This document shows positions 47,094 through 56,952 of a DNA stretch of 64,000 nucleotides, piece after piece (positions within the stretch are counted from its first letter, which is position 1; every line of letters begins with the position of its first letter). Source of the DNA: a virus (Duplodnaviria; Caudoviricetes); IMG/VR virus record IMGVR_UViG_3300025671_008697; one strand, written 5' to 3'. The notes under the pieces were generated by a model, which was not told the DNA's origin, ran no database searches, and saw only the letters and a program-made list of their open reading frames with translations. Position numbers and translations under genes: made by a program.

Positions 47094-48224
47094 ATGAAGT
47101 TGTCTGAGTTAGTTGATTTAAAATTGCGGATGGAAGAATATTTTAACAACAAACTAACTACGACTCTAAATAACTTAATAAATGAATTTAAATTGTGGGA
47201 AGGTGTAGCACTAACTCACAACAGATTGATAGAATTACAAAACGAAATTAAAGAAATTGACCATTTAACATCTTTAAAATTTGAAAATTTTTTAAAAGAT
47301 ATAGAAGAAGAAATTGAAAATAAATCAAATGTCATGCTAACATTAGGGTATGAATTAGAAGGAAAAAAAGTTTTAGGTCCATCCCAAAGTGTTCACGAAG
47401 ACAAACAATTTCGATCTATAAATGTGTCAGATAAATTTAAAGAACAACTAGGTAGTAAAATTAGAACTAAAACAGACTGGAGATATCCTTGTTTAGAGAT
47501 TGGGCCTGGCGAAGGCACTTGGACAGATAACTTAGTGGGTTGCGATCCATTATATTTGGTAGACATACATCCAGAATATTTAGAAGCAACAAAATTAAAA
47601 TATACCCGCCAATTTAGTAGAAGGATAAGATCATATTTAATCGGTAGTCGTAATGGACAGACAAGGGAAAAAATAAACGAATATAATTTATCAGCTTTAC
47701 CCAAAAATCAAATTGGATTTATTTTTAGTTGGGCGGTATTTGATTTTCTATTCATAAACGAAATAGAAATTTATCTAAAAAGTTGTTTCGAAGTATTAAA
47801 GCCAGGTGGCAAAATGATTTTTAGTTTCAATGACTGTGATAAAGTTATAGGAGCACAGTTTGCTGAAAAAGGCGAACGATCGTGGGTAACTAAGAAAGCG
47901 CTCAACAAATTATTTTCAGAAATTGGATTCGGTTTAACCGAGTTTTACTGTGATGAAATTGAAAAACATAGTTGGGTAGAAATAGAAAAACCAGGAAGTA
48001 TGGTTTCAATGAAAATTGGTCAGCCTAAGGTATCAATTCATAAAAGACAAGGATTTGAAAATCTTGACACAGGTCCCACAAAAGTATATAATAAGCAACA
48101 AGTAGCAAGATTAAAACAGTTAGCAATACAACTTGGAGTCGATACAGCAGAAAATATTATGTCTGGGATGTATGAACCTCATGTATTAGAGAAAAAAATA
48201 AACATTTTAAGGATGAACAAATGA
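47094..48224 (+). CDS. Coiled-coil plus class I SAM-dependent methyltransferase
   Basis: CLEIGPGEG, YLVDIH, FSWAVFDF, LKPGGK. Confidence 0.75.
   Translation: MKLSELVDLKLRMEEYFNNKLTTTLNNLINEFKLWEGVALTHNRLIELQNEIKEIDHLTSLKFENFLKDIEEEIENKSNVMLTLGYELEGKKVLGPSQSVHEDKQFRSINVSDKFKEQLGSKIRTKTDWRYPCLEIGPGEGTWTDNLVGCDPLYLVDIHPEYLEATKLKYTRQFSRRIRSYLIGSRNGQTREKINEYNLSALPKNQIGFIFSWAVFDFLFINEIEIYLKSCFEVLKPGGKMIFSFNDCDKVIGAQFAEKGERSWVTKKALNKLFSEIGFGLTEFYCDEIEKHSWVEIEKPGSMVSMKIGQPKVSIHKRQGFENLDTGPTKVYNKQQVARLKQLAIQLGVDTAENIMSGMYEPHVLEKKINILRMNK
48064..48092 (+). promoter_or_regulatory. Perfect sigma70 consensus promoter embedded in the methyltransferase CDS
   Basis: TTGACA-N17-TATAAT, about 130 nt upstream of the clamp gene. 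Confidence 0.8.
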
Positions 48225-48952
48225 AAGATCACTTACAAGATATAGTACAACACACACATGGTTTAGGTGTAATTGACCTAGTAAAAATTGTAGGCAGCGA
48301 CAGTGAAACGGCATTAGAAGCACTAGCAGAAGACCGCAGTGTTATCGTTCAAGCCAAATTCAAAGGAGTAGTTGCAGACTTTATTGGCACGTTTGGTATG
48401 CCTAACTTGGGCAAACTAAACACTATTCTTAATATTCCAGAATATCGAGAAGACGCCAGCATTGCAGTCGCACGTCAAGACCGCAATGGTGAAAGTGTTC
48501 CAGTAGGTGTACACTTTGAAAACAAAGCAGGAGACTTTAAAAACGACTATCGTTTTATGGCTAGTGAAATCATTTCTGATAAACTTAAAACTGTTAAGTT
48601 TAAAGGTGTAAAGTGGAATGTAGACATTGTGCCCAGCGTGGCCAGTATTCAGCGTCTCAAGTTTCAGGCACAGGCCAACAGTGAAGAAACTACGTTTACT
48701 GCTCGTACAGAAGGCACGGACTTGAAGTTTTTCTTTGGTGACCATAGCAGTCACGCAGGTAACTTTGTGTTCCAAACTGATGTCAGCGGTACACTCAGTA
48801 AATCGTGGGCATGGCCTGTAGCAGTTGTAATCAGCATTTTAAACTTGCCCGGTGATAAGACATTTAAAATCAGTGATGAAGGTGCCGCAATGATTACAGT
48901 AGACAGTGGCATTGCCGAATATAACTATATTCTGCCAGCACAGACAAAATAA
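48221..48952 (+). CDS. Probable DNA sliding clamp (gp45-like)
   Basis: 243 aa with repeated alpha/beta pattern; follows the polymerase; clamp loader also present in the window. Confidence 0.55.
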   Translation: MKDHLQDIVQHTHGLGVIDLVKIVGSDSETALEALAEDRSVIVQAKFKGVVADFIGTFGMPNLGKLNTILNIPEYREDASIAVARQDRNGESVPVGVHFENKAGDFKNDYRFMASEIISDKLKTVKFKGVKWNVDIVPSVASIQRLKFQAQANSEETTFTARTEGTDLKFFFGDHSSHAGNFVFQTDVSGTLSKSWAWPVAVVISILNLPGDKTFKISDEGAAMITVDSGIAEYNYILPAQTK

Positions 48953-49140
48953 TGAATTATGATACCTTAGTCACGCTGAAAGTTTTACAACAAGAAATCA
49001 GTGTGCTCAAGAATAAGATTATGCCAGAAGATAGTGGACACATTTATACTGCTATCAGCGTGATTAAGGATCGTATAAAAGAATTAGAATGTGAACTAAC
49101 ACCAGAAGAACAAACTTGGTACGCACTAAATGCCAACTAA
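48952..49140 (+). CDS. Hypothetical small protein
   Basis: 62 aa, overlaps both neighbours. Confidence 0.5.
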   Translation: MNYDTLVTLKVLQQEISVLKNKIMPEDSGHIYTAISVIKDRIKELECELTPEEQTWYALNAN

Positions 49141-50689
49141 AGACGATTTAACACAAAAACAAAAAGACTACGCAGTATTCTTACCTGCGCTCAGTAGTTT
49201 TTACAGCAGAGATGTTAGCAAACAACAGTTAGACCCTAACTACATTGATCCAGCACGAGTACCCCAAGACTTTGAAAATGGAGTAGAAGGCTTAAACTGG
49301 ATGAACAAAAATGAAGGCTACTTTACCTATCATTGGAGTTTGTATTCAGCAGGACACGCAGACTTGAACTTGAACAAGATTGGTGGGCGTGATGACATGG
49401 TGCGTAATCGAAATCGTAAAAACGCATTTGTGTTGGGCGATAGCGGTGGCTTTCAGATTGGTAAAGGTGTCTGGGAAGGCAACTGGAAAGATCCTAACTG
49501 CCCACAGGCTGCTAAAAAACGTAAGCAAGTATTAGAGTGGATGGATGCTTACATGGATCGTGGCATGATCCTTGATATTCCTGCTTGGGTCGCTCGTAGT
49601 CCTGCAGGGCAACAGGCAACAGGCATTACCACATATGCAGAAGCAGTGGCGGGCACTAGCATCAACAACGAGTACTTTATGCAGAACCGCAATGGTAACT
49701 GTAAGTTCTTAAACGTACTGCAAGGCGAAACACACGCCGAAGCAGATGACTGGTACGAGCAAATGAAACATTACTGTGATCCCAAACAACACGCACAGCC
49801 GTTTGAAGGTTGGGCAATGGGTGGGCAGAATATGTGTGATGTACACCTTGCACTACGCCGTATTGTTGCGTTAAGGTTCGATGGATTATTGGAACCGGGA
49901 CTGCACGATTGGATGCACTTTCTTGGCACAAGCAAATTAGAGTGGGCAACTCTACTTACAGACATTCAACGTGCAGTCCGAAAGTACCATAACGAAAACT
50001 TTACAATCAGTTTTGACTGTGCCAGTCCTTTCCTTGCCAGCGCCAACGGACAGATTTATTATGATGTTACCATAGAGGACCGCAGTAAGTGGAGTTACTT
50101 GATGCAACCCAGCATCGACGACAAAAAGTATGCAAAAGATTTTCGTCCTTTACGTGACACTATACTACAGGACGGGATATTTGAATCATTCTTGGAAAGT
50201 CCCATCAGTGAACGTCTCAAAGCCAAAGACGTTTGTATCTATGCGCCAGGCGACTTGAACAAACTGGGCAAAGAAGGACGTACAAGTTGGGACAGTTTCA
50301 GTTACACACTACAAATGGGACACAACGTATGGACTCACTTGTATGCTGTACAGGAAGCCAATCGTCAATATGACGCAGGCCTGTATCCCGAAATGTTAGT
50401 AGCAACTACCAGCAACAAAAAGGCTTTCAGGACTTATGACAGAAACTTCTTCCGTGACATTGTGGATGATATCTTTGCTACCAGTGACAGAAGCCGTGCT
50501 GAAGAACTGATTGAACACTACAACCGTTATTGGTTAAGCATTATCGGCACACGTGGTGCAGTTGGTAAGAAAACTGTAAACAGTAAAACACAGTTCTTTA
50601 ACTTGTTTGAAACCGAAGAAGTGGAAGAACATCACAGAGATGACAGTGACTTGGATGAATCTAAACTCGAAGCACTGGAACAAGAATGA
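49130..50689 (+). CDS. tRNA-guanine transglycosylase-fold protein (DpdA-like base-exchange enzyme)
   Basis: GDSGGFQIG, MILDIP, LQG, GWAMGG, HFLGTS, SFDCASP match TGT-fold motifs; folE and queD-like genes nearby. Confidence 0.75.
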   Translation: MPTKDDLTQKQKDYAVFLPALSSFYSRDVSKQQLDPNYIDPARVPQDFENGVEGLNWMNKNEGYFTYHWSLYSAGHADLNLNKIGGRDDMVRNRNRKNAFVLGDSGGFQIGKGVWEGNWKDPNCPQAAKKRKQVLEWMDAYMDRGMILDIPAWVARSPAGQQATGITTYAEAVAGTSINNEYFMQNRNGNCKFLNVLQGETHAEADDWYEQMKHYCDPKQHAQPFEGWAMGGQNMCDVHLALRRIVALRFDGLLEPGLHDWMHFLGTSKLEWATLLTDIQRAVRKYHNENFTISFDCASPFLASANGQIYYDVTIEDRSKWSYLMQPSIDDKKYAKDFRPLRDTILQDGIFESFLESPISERLKAKDVCIYAPGDLNKLGKEGRTSWDSFSYTLQMGHNVWTHLYAVQEANRQYDAGLYPEMLVATTSNKKAFRTYDRNFFRDIVDDIFATSDRSRAEELIEHYNRYWLSIIGTRGAVGKKTVNSKTQFFNLFETEEVEEHHRDDSDLDESKLEALEQE

Positions 50690-51381
50690 TTTTTGAAAAA
50701 AACGACACGCAAACAAAGCAACGTGACCCTAATAGGTCACCAGTTATGCATGCAGAAATTGCACATCTGTTTCCTGTACCTTTGTACGTTAAAGAAAATG
50801 CTGTGGATTCTGCATTAACTGAATGTTTACAAAATCCAGACAATCGAGAACCTCATTTAATGATAGACAATTGGGGGCATGTCAGCAAAGACAACTATTA
50901 TCTAAATCAAGAAAAGTGTCAGGCATTAAAATCCGCTCTCACTGCTTATGTAAATGACATGGCGAATAATGTGTTAGGGTTTGCTGGAGAGTTTGTAATT
51001 ACACAAAGTTGGATTAGTACCAAAAAGCCTTATCAAAGTCATCAACTTCATACACATCCTAACAGTATTATTAGCGGTGTATTTTATTATGACAATCCAG
51101 AAGACGCTAGCCAAATTAGTTTTGTGAAGCCAAACTTTACTAGTTCTATATATAGTTTGAAACCGATTCGTAATGATGAGAACAATGTTTTCACTGCAGA
51201 TGAAATGCATATTAACGTAAAGAATACTATGCTGCTTTTATTTCCTAGCTATTTACAGCACACTGTTTCGATGAACGAAAGCCAAGTAAATAGATATAGC
51301 CTAGCATTTAATACTATGCCCAGGTATCAGTTAGGATTACAGAACGACTTAACACAACTTAAAATGCCAAACTTTGAATAA
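50686..51381 (+). CDS. 2OG-Fe(II) oxygenase-like protein
   Basis: LFPVPLY, HTHPNSIISGVFY, LFPSYLQHTV, RYSLAFN. Confidence 0.75.
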   Translation: MIFEKNDTQTKQRDPNRSPVMHAEIAHLFPVPLYVKENAVDSALTECLQNPDNREPHLMIDNWGHVSKDNYYLNQEKCQALKSALTAYVNDMANNVLGFAGEFVITQSWISTKKPYQSHQLHTHPNSIISGVFYYDNPEDASQISFVKPNFTSSIYSLKPIRNDENNVFTADEMHINVKNTMLLLFPSYLQHTVSMNESQVNRYSLAFNTMPRYQLGLQNDLTQLKMPNFE

Positions 51382-51391
51382 GGAGACGACT

Positions 51392-51595
51392 ATGTATGAA
51401 ACCCGTATTAAACACCTTGAAGAAATGCACCGAGTATTAGATAGTAAAATTGAGGCGTTAGAAAAAACAGGTATATATGAAGATCATGCTCTTGCAAATA
51501 TGAAAAAGCAAAAACTTCAAATTAAAGATGAACTAAGACGGCTCACCAGATTGCAATGGGAACATAATCACGAAACTGTAAACTTCGACGACTAA
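51392..51595 (+). CDS. DUF465/YdcH-like coiled-coil protein
   Basis: HRVLDSKI...MKKQKLQIKDEL; SD AAGGAG supports ATG 51392. Confidence 0.65.
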   Translation: MYETRIKHLEEMHRVLDSKIEALEKTGIYEDHALANMKKQKLQIKDELRRLTRLQWEHNHETVNFDD

Positions 51596-51597
51596 TT

Positions 51598-52077
51598 ATG
51601 GCACAACTATACAGAATCACACCCTTGGAAAAGAAAAGCATCGAATTTGTAATCGAATGTTATCAAAAATTAGAAGATGGAGATACCAGAGGTTTTACAG
51701 CAACATTTCTCTACCGTTGGGGACAGGGGTTTAGAGAACTAGACAATCCTGTAAGTAAGTGGGAAGCAACCAGTGACGATGGTGTAAGTTGTGATCCCAC
51801 AATCGGTTGGGGAGCAGAACTAGATGACGGCATCAGTACATGGGTTGATTTCGACGGCGATTGGACTGATGCAGAACGAGAAGAAATTGAAGCCTACTGT
51901 GAAGGCGAACTAGAGGATGATGAAGGACGCTGTTGCGAAGCATGGTTGTTTGATGGAGATCACGAATACGAAATCGAAATGGACGAAATTGTAATTCATG
52001 GTCCCGTTAAAATTGACTTAGTAGACGAAGACAACTATAATACTGTAATCGAAGAAAACGTAGAACCTCAAGAATGA
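51598..52077 (+). CDS. Hypothetical acidic protein
   Basis: 159 aa, strongly D/E-rich. Confidence 0.6.
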   Translation: MAQLYRITPLEKKSIEFVIECYQKLEDGDTRGFTATFLYRWGQGFRELDNPVSKWEATSDDGVSCDPTIGWGAELDDGISTWVDFDGDWTDAEREEIEAYCEGELEDDEGRCCEAWLFDGDHEYEIEMDEIVIHGPVKIDLVDEDNYNTVIEENVEPQE

Positions 52078-52970
52078 AAAGTTTAGTTATTGGCATGGGT
52101 ATAGGCCAACTATACCTTGCTGTATTGAAAAACATTGGCTCAGAAGTAATCACCGTAGACACAAACGAAAATGCCGGAGCACATTTTGCCAGCGTGGACA
52201 GTGCATTAGAACGGCATCCATTTTTTGATACTGTACATATCTGCACTCCAAACTTTACACACTATGATTTGGCAGCAAAGGTAGCACCCTACACAAAAAT
52301 TGTTTTTGTGGAAAAACCCGGTGTTGCTACCGCAGAACAATGGCTGTCATTGCTAACTACATTTCCTAAAACACGTTTCATGATGGTTAAAAACAATCAG
52401 TGGCGTGATGAGTTTGTGGACTACAAAAAGATTGCTGAAAGTGCGGACACTATCTTGTTTAAATGGATTAACCGGAACCGCGTACCCAAACCAGGTAGTT
52501 GGTTTACTGATAAGAAACTGGCATATGGTGGAGTTAGCAGAGACTTGTTACCTCACTTGCTAAGTTATTACACAGGATTCTTTTCGGACTTTGCCAAATC
52601 TGTACCTAAAGTAAAACTTGTAAAGCAACGTTGGACTATCGATGACTTGGCAGATAGTGACTATGGTGAAGTTGATCCTAATGGTCATTATAATGTAGAC
52701 GATAGGGTGGAATTGGAAATGAAGCATAACGGCAAACTGTTGTTCTTTATTGCAGATTGGCGCAGCAATGATAAAGATGACATCGGACTAACATTTATTG
52801 CAGAAGGCGGCGCAAGATTTGAATTTGAACTAGGTCTCTGTCCAGAAAGTGCATACGAAATAATGATTCGTAGTGCCGTAGATAATCTAAATAACAGTGA
52901 CTTCTGGCAACAACATATTAAACAGGATCTTTGGATTCACGAAGCAATAAGCAATGTCACAGCAAGTTAA
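52074..52970 (+). CDS. Gfo/Idh/MocA-family NAD(P)-dependent oxidoreductase
   Basis: VIGMGIG, HICTPNFTH, VFVEKP, GGVSRDLLPH. Confidence 0.85.
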   Translation: MKSLVIGMGIGQLYLAVLKNIGSEVITVDTNENAGAHFASVDSALERHPFFDTVHICTPNFTHYDLAAKVAPYTKIVFVEKPGVATAEQWLSLLTTFPKTRFMMVKNNQWRDEFVDYKKIAESADTILFKWINRNRVPKPGSWFTDKKLAYGGVSRDLLPHLLSYYTGFFSDFAKSVPKVKLVKQRWTIDDLADSDYGEVDPNGHYNVDDRVELEMKHNGKLLFFIADWRSNDKDDIGLTFIAEGGARFEFELGLCPESAYEIMIRSAVDNLNNSDFWQQHIKQDLWIHEAISNVTAS

Positions 52971-53871
52971 AGTATTATCCACCGTAGGTCAAGGTGAGTT
53001 TGTAGAAACAGACTACACCTTACCTGAATTACAACCCGATGAAATTTTAGTCAAAGCCATAATGACCGGCGTGTGTCGCAGTGACATTGACATGATGCAG
53101 GGCACGTTTGGACCACTGCCATTAGACATGCAGGGACATGAAGGATTGGGAATTGTTGCTGCCAAAGGCACGCAAGTACATGACGTTATAGTAGGCGACT
53201 ATGTGGCTACCAGAGGTGAACCTGCTTATGCTGATTTCTATCGCAGTAGATCCAATGAATATGTGTGGGTGCCAGAAGCACTACCTAAATATATTTTAGA
53301 ACCAGTGGCCTGTGGAATCAATGTCATACATCAACCTTTGCGTGAAATTGCAGAACGCAGTGGACCAGGACGAAGGTTATTGTTGTTAGGCAGTGGATTT
53401 TTGGCTTGGGTGGCCTACCACACCATCCTACTTAATCATTTGGAATTTGACGTAGATGTTGTGGGTACTAGCAATCGTGCGCTTTGGCAAGATACACTCA
53501 AATCGTATCCGCAGGACTGCGAATACGATGTTGTCATTGATTTGAGTGGTCGATATGATGTGTTTACTGGCGTATACAACGCCAAAGAAAGTTTGTTGGT
53601 AGTGGGTGTACAAAATACTGTAACCACAGACTTTGGTAGTTTACTTTGGAAAGCCTGCACTATCATGTTTCCCAGTCCGAGAACAGATGGTTTCTATAGT
53701 GCAATGAAATCTGCCGAATATTGGATAACCAATGGCGATATTGTAGTTGACAGTTTTTGGACAAAAGGTTATAATAGATACACAGAATGGCAACAGGCAT
53801 TTCTAGATGGAGCAAATCGTCCCGACGGTTACAGTCGAGGATACATTTATTGGGGTAAAAATGACAATTGA
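52954..53871 (+). CDS. Zinc-binding (MDR) sugar/alcohol dehydrogenase-like protein
   Basis: GVCRSD, GHEGLG, GDYV, LEPVACG, LLGSGFL. Confidence 0.85.
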   Translation: MSQQVKVLSTVGQGEFVETDYTLPELQPDEILVKAIMTGVCRSDIDMMQGTFGPLPLDMQGHEGLGIVAAKGTQVHDVIVGDYVATRGEPAYADFYRSRSNEYVWVPEALPKYILEPVACGINVIHQPLREIAERSGPGRRLLLLGSGFLAWVAYHTILLNHLEFDVDVVGTSNRALWQDTLKSYPQDCEYDVVIDLSGRYDVFTGVYNAKESLLVVGVQNTVTTDFGSLLWKACTIMFPSPRTDGFYSAMKSAEYWITNGDIVVDSFWTKGYNRYTEWQQAFLDGANRPDGYSRGYIYWGKNDN

Positions 53872-54379
53872 TACAAGCGGTCGAAAACAAGTAGACTACT
53901 TTGTTGGTGTAGAAGTAGAAAATACTATCATGAAAGGTGAGCGTACACTGTTTGTAGTGGGCGTAAAACCTGTTGACGAAATTGTCGAGATCGCAGAACG
54001 TGAAGGCGTAAGACATTTATACTTTGGTACCAGCCAAAGTTTTCATCCTGCCAATCCTTATGAATGGGCACAGTGGGATGATATGATTAAGCCATTGTTG
54101 GTTAAAAACTATTGGGTCACACTGGACTTTGGTGTTGAGTATGCTCCAGAGATTCACGAAGAATCTTGGAATGAGTACAACACATTCATTCCTATGATCT
54201 CAGTTAAACTGCCTTACATTAAGCAGTATAACTATCACGCAACACTTAAGATTGATGACAACACTTGGGGTGACACTAACCCTGGTGTTTGGTGTCATCC
54301 TCTTAATGAATTACTTAAACGACGTGTCTACACAGACTGGAAAGACTATGTAGGCGACGAACCTATAGGTGCAAAATGA
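53861..54379 (+). CDS. Hypothetical protein
   Basis: ATG 53861 overlaps the dehydrogenase stop, with GGGG SD. Confidence 0.6.
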   Translation: MTIDTSGRKQVDYFVGVEVENTIMKGERTLFVVGVKPVDEIVEIAEREGVRHLYFGTSQSFHPANPYEWAQWDDMIKPLLVKNYWVTLDFGVEYAPEIHEESWNEYNTFIPMISVKLPYIKQYNYHATLKIDDNTWGDTNPGVWCHPLNELLKRRVYTDWKDYVGDEPIGAK

Positions 54380-54819
54380 ATCAAGAACAAAGAGAACAAG
54401 TTAATCGTATCATGGAACGAGCAGACCGTAAAGTCTGGGTAACGTTTCGCAAAGAAGGCATCCATCGCTACCCAGCGGCGGCAACAGATCCTGCATTAGC
54501 AACTGGAAACGAGTATGATGTTAGTTTTCTTGGCGTGCCACATCGACACATTTTCCACTTTCGTGTCTGGATCGACGTACTACACAATGATAGAGACATT
54601 GAATTCATACAGTTTAAACGCTGGTTGGAAAATCTCTACCGCGATGGTACTTTAGCATTAGACTACAAGAGTTGCGAAATGATGAGCGATGACTTGTACG
54701 TACAAATTAGCAGTCGTTATCCGGATCGTGCAGTATGGATTGAAGTATCAGAAGATGGCGAGAATGGCGCACTGATCCGTTATGAAACCACTCACCCTAA
54801 CTTATCTGTCAAAATTTGA
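54376..54819 (+). CDS. QueD-like T-fold protein (DpdL-like candidate)
   Basis: EGIHRYP, FLGVPHRHIFHF, HNDRDIEF, SCEMM, VSEDGENGA. Confidence 0.65.
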   Translation: MNQEQREQVNRIMERADRKVWVTFRKEGIHRYPAAATDPALATGNEYDVSFLGVPHRHIFHFRVWIDVLHNDRDIEFIQFKRWLENLYRDGTLALDYKSCEMMSDDLYVQISSRYPDRAVWIEVSEDGENGALIRYETTHPNLSVKI

Positions 54820-55685
54820 TTAATATATTTTTTGCTCCAGGCACATTTGGTAGTACCATGGAATACATGCTCAGAAACTTTACTAAAGATTTTGAAAATG
54901 TAAAAGGTAATATTATGCTAGATGGTTCAATGCATTCATTTAAAAAAGAATGGCATGTTGCATCCTTGGATAAGACTGAGACTTATTCAGAAGAAATAGA
55001 AATTTCAACAGTGACCTATCCGTGGTATGGGAAATCATTAGACGAAATTTTTAATGTATGGCCTGGTGATCTAAAAAAATCAAAAAATGTTTGTATAAAA
55101 GTAAAAGACCTAGAGGCTGGAGAACTAAATTTATTATTCTTTTTTTATAAAATTGCGAAAAGTATTCTATCAGACTATTTTGCCGCCGACAAACATTTTG
55201 CACGATGGAACTCAAACTATACCAATCATAAAGATATGCAAAAATGGGAGAAGCGAGAATGGTATAGTTTATTTTATATAGGCTTGCTCAATGACTGGTT
55301 AAATGTAGAAAAACCGATAAATCAAATTGGTAATTTCTTACTAATTAATAATATAGATATTCTTAATAATTTAGACATTGAGTTTACAAAAATTGTCGAT
55401 CATTGCGGCTTAACTGAAGATAAATCTATAGAGTATTTTGAATTTGTCACAAAATGGACTAAGGCACAACAATATATTTTAGAAGAATTTAAATTAATAG
55501 ATAAAGTGGTATTATCTACAATAAATGGCTTAGATTTTGATTGGTCTCAAGATAGACTTTGTTTTACTTCAGAGTGTATAATACAAAAAAGATTACGCGA
55601 TAATGGGTATGAAATAAAGTGCTACAATCTAAATGATTTTCCAACCAATAGTGAACAACTATATAACTTACTTGAAAAACAATAG
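54816..55685 (+). CDS. Hypothetical AT-rich protein, possibly sulfotransferase-like
   Basis: N-terminal FFAPGTFGST Gly loop. Confidence 0.5.
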   Translation: MINIFFAPGTFGSTMEYMLRNFTKDFENVKGNIMLDGSMHSFKKEWHVASLDKTETYSEEIEISTVTYPWYGKSLDEIFNVWPGDLKKSKNVCIKVKDLEAGELNLLFFFYKIAKSILSDYFAADKHFARWNSNYTNHKDMQKWEKREWYSLFYIGLLNDWLNVEKPINQIGNFLLINNIDILNNLDIEFTKIVDHCGLTEDKSIEYFEFVTKWTKAQQYILEEFKLIDKVVLSTINGLDFDWSQDRLCFTSECIIQKRLRDNGYEIKCYNLNDFPTNSEQLYNLLEKQ

Positions 55686-55694
55686 GAGAAAGTA

Positions 55695-55886
55695 ATGGCA
55701 GCAAAATGGCTTGAAAAATATCTTACTATGAAGCCAGAAGTCACAAAAATCTTTGATGACTTAGAACAGTATCGTGATTACTGCAAATTTAACTTTGTCA
55801 AGTTCGACGAGCGGGACTTGTACAAGAGTGATGCATATCGCAAATTTGATCGACAGCGTAATCGTCGAGAACGACAAAATGGCTAA
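55695..55886 (+). CDS. Hypothetical small protein
   Basis: SD AGGAG; 63 aa. Confidence 0.6.
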   Translation: MAAKWLEKYLTMKPEVTKIFDDLEQYRDYCKFNFVKFDERDLYKSDAYRKFDRQRNRRERQNG

Positions 55887-56952
55887 CGTATTTTTAGTTG
55901 ACTTAGAATCGGTTGAAACACGTTACACTGGTCAATGGCAGTCACATATCCCAGAACTGTTAAAGAAAGCAGGTCATAATGTTCAAGTTTTATCTGGTCC
56001 TACGGACATTCCTAGTGCCACTACTCCTGGCGCCTTTCTTAATTTTGGTGGGACTAATATCTATAAGTCTAGTCAAGTCGAAGCAATGGGTAGACTATTT
56101 TGCAGTGGGGGAGTTGGGCGTGGTGACCATTTTCTTTTTACTGACGCTTGGCATCCAGGCATTATTAACCTAAAGTACATGAGTGAACTACTGGATATTC
56201 CAGTAAAGATTCACGCACTTTGGCACGCCGGTAGTTATGATCCAGCAGACTTTCTTGGAAGACTGATTGGTGATGCTCCTTGGGTACGCTATGCTGAAAA
56301 AAGTTTCTTTGAAGCCATAGACTACAACTATTTTGCCACAGACTTTCATATCAACATGTTTGCTGGTAACTTGTTAAATGCAAATCTTGGCACAATGTAC
56401 AAGTATCAGGAGTCCAAAAAAGTAATTCGCACAGGTTGGCCCATGGAGTATATGGACCAGACACTGTCTCCATACAAAGGTATGACTAAGCGTGACTTAA
56501 TTGTGTTTCCGCATCGTATCGCTCCAGAGAAACAGGTCGCCATATTCCGTGACTTAAAAGAACAACTACCTGAATATGAGTTTGTAGTCTGCCAAGATCA
56601 GGAACTTACCAAGAATGAATATCACAATATTTTAGGCGAAGCCAAAATTGTGTTCAGTGCCAGTTTGCAGGAAACCTTAGGTATAGGTGCATATGAAGGC
56701 GCTATTGTAGATGCTATTCCCATGGTGCCTGACAGGCTCAGTTACAGTGAAATGTATTATGAGGGATTCAAATATCCCACAGAGTGGACAGAAAATTTTA
56801 GCAAGTACATGATCTACAAAGACCATTTGGTTAATCATATTCGTGCCACTATGGAACACTATGAACGGCGTTTGCCAGAACTTAAAAATCAGACACAGGA
56901 CCTGACTGACAACTTCTTCAGTGCAGGATCATTATTAAAAAATATAAACTAA
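55879..56952 (+). CDS. GT-B-fold glycosyltransferase
   Basis: ATG 55879 (MANVFLVD); FPHRIAPEKQ, SASLQETLGIGAYEG, VPDRLSYSEM. Confidence 0.75.
   Translation: MANVFLVDLESVETRYTGQWQSHIPELLKKAGHNVQVLSGPTDIPSATTPGAFLNFGGTNIYKSSQVEAMGRLFCSGGVGRGDHFLFTDAWHPGIINLKYMSELLDIPVKIHALWHAGSYDPADFLGRLIGDAPWVRYAEKSFFEAIDYNYFATDFHINMFAGNLLNANLGTMYKYQESKKVIRTGWPMEYMDQTLSPYKGMTKRDLIVFPHRIAPEKQVAIFRDLKEQLPEYEFVVCQDQELTKNEYHNILGEAKIVFSASLQETLGIGAYEGAIVDAIPMVPDRLSYSEMYYEGFKYPTEWTENFSKYMIYKDHLVNHIRATMEHYERRLPELKNQTQDLTDNFFSAGSLLKNIN

Noticed and set aside
32766-55878. Longer upstream starts in the ORF track (22653, 32766, 40531, 51374, 53807, 55774, 58902)
   Set aside because: They overlap upstream genes extensively; downstream ATGs with stop/start coupling or an SD are more plausible.
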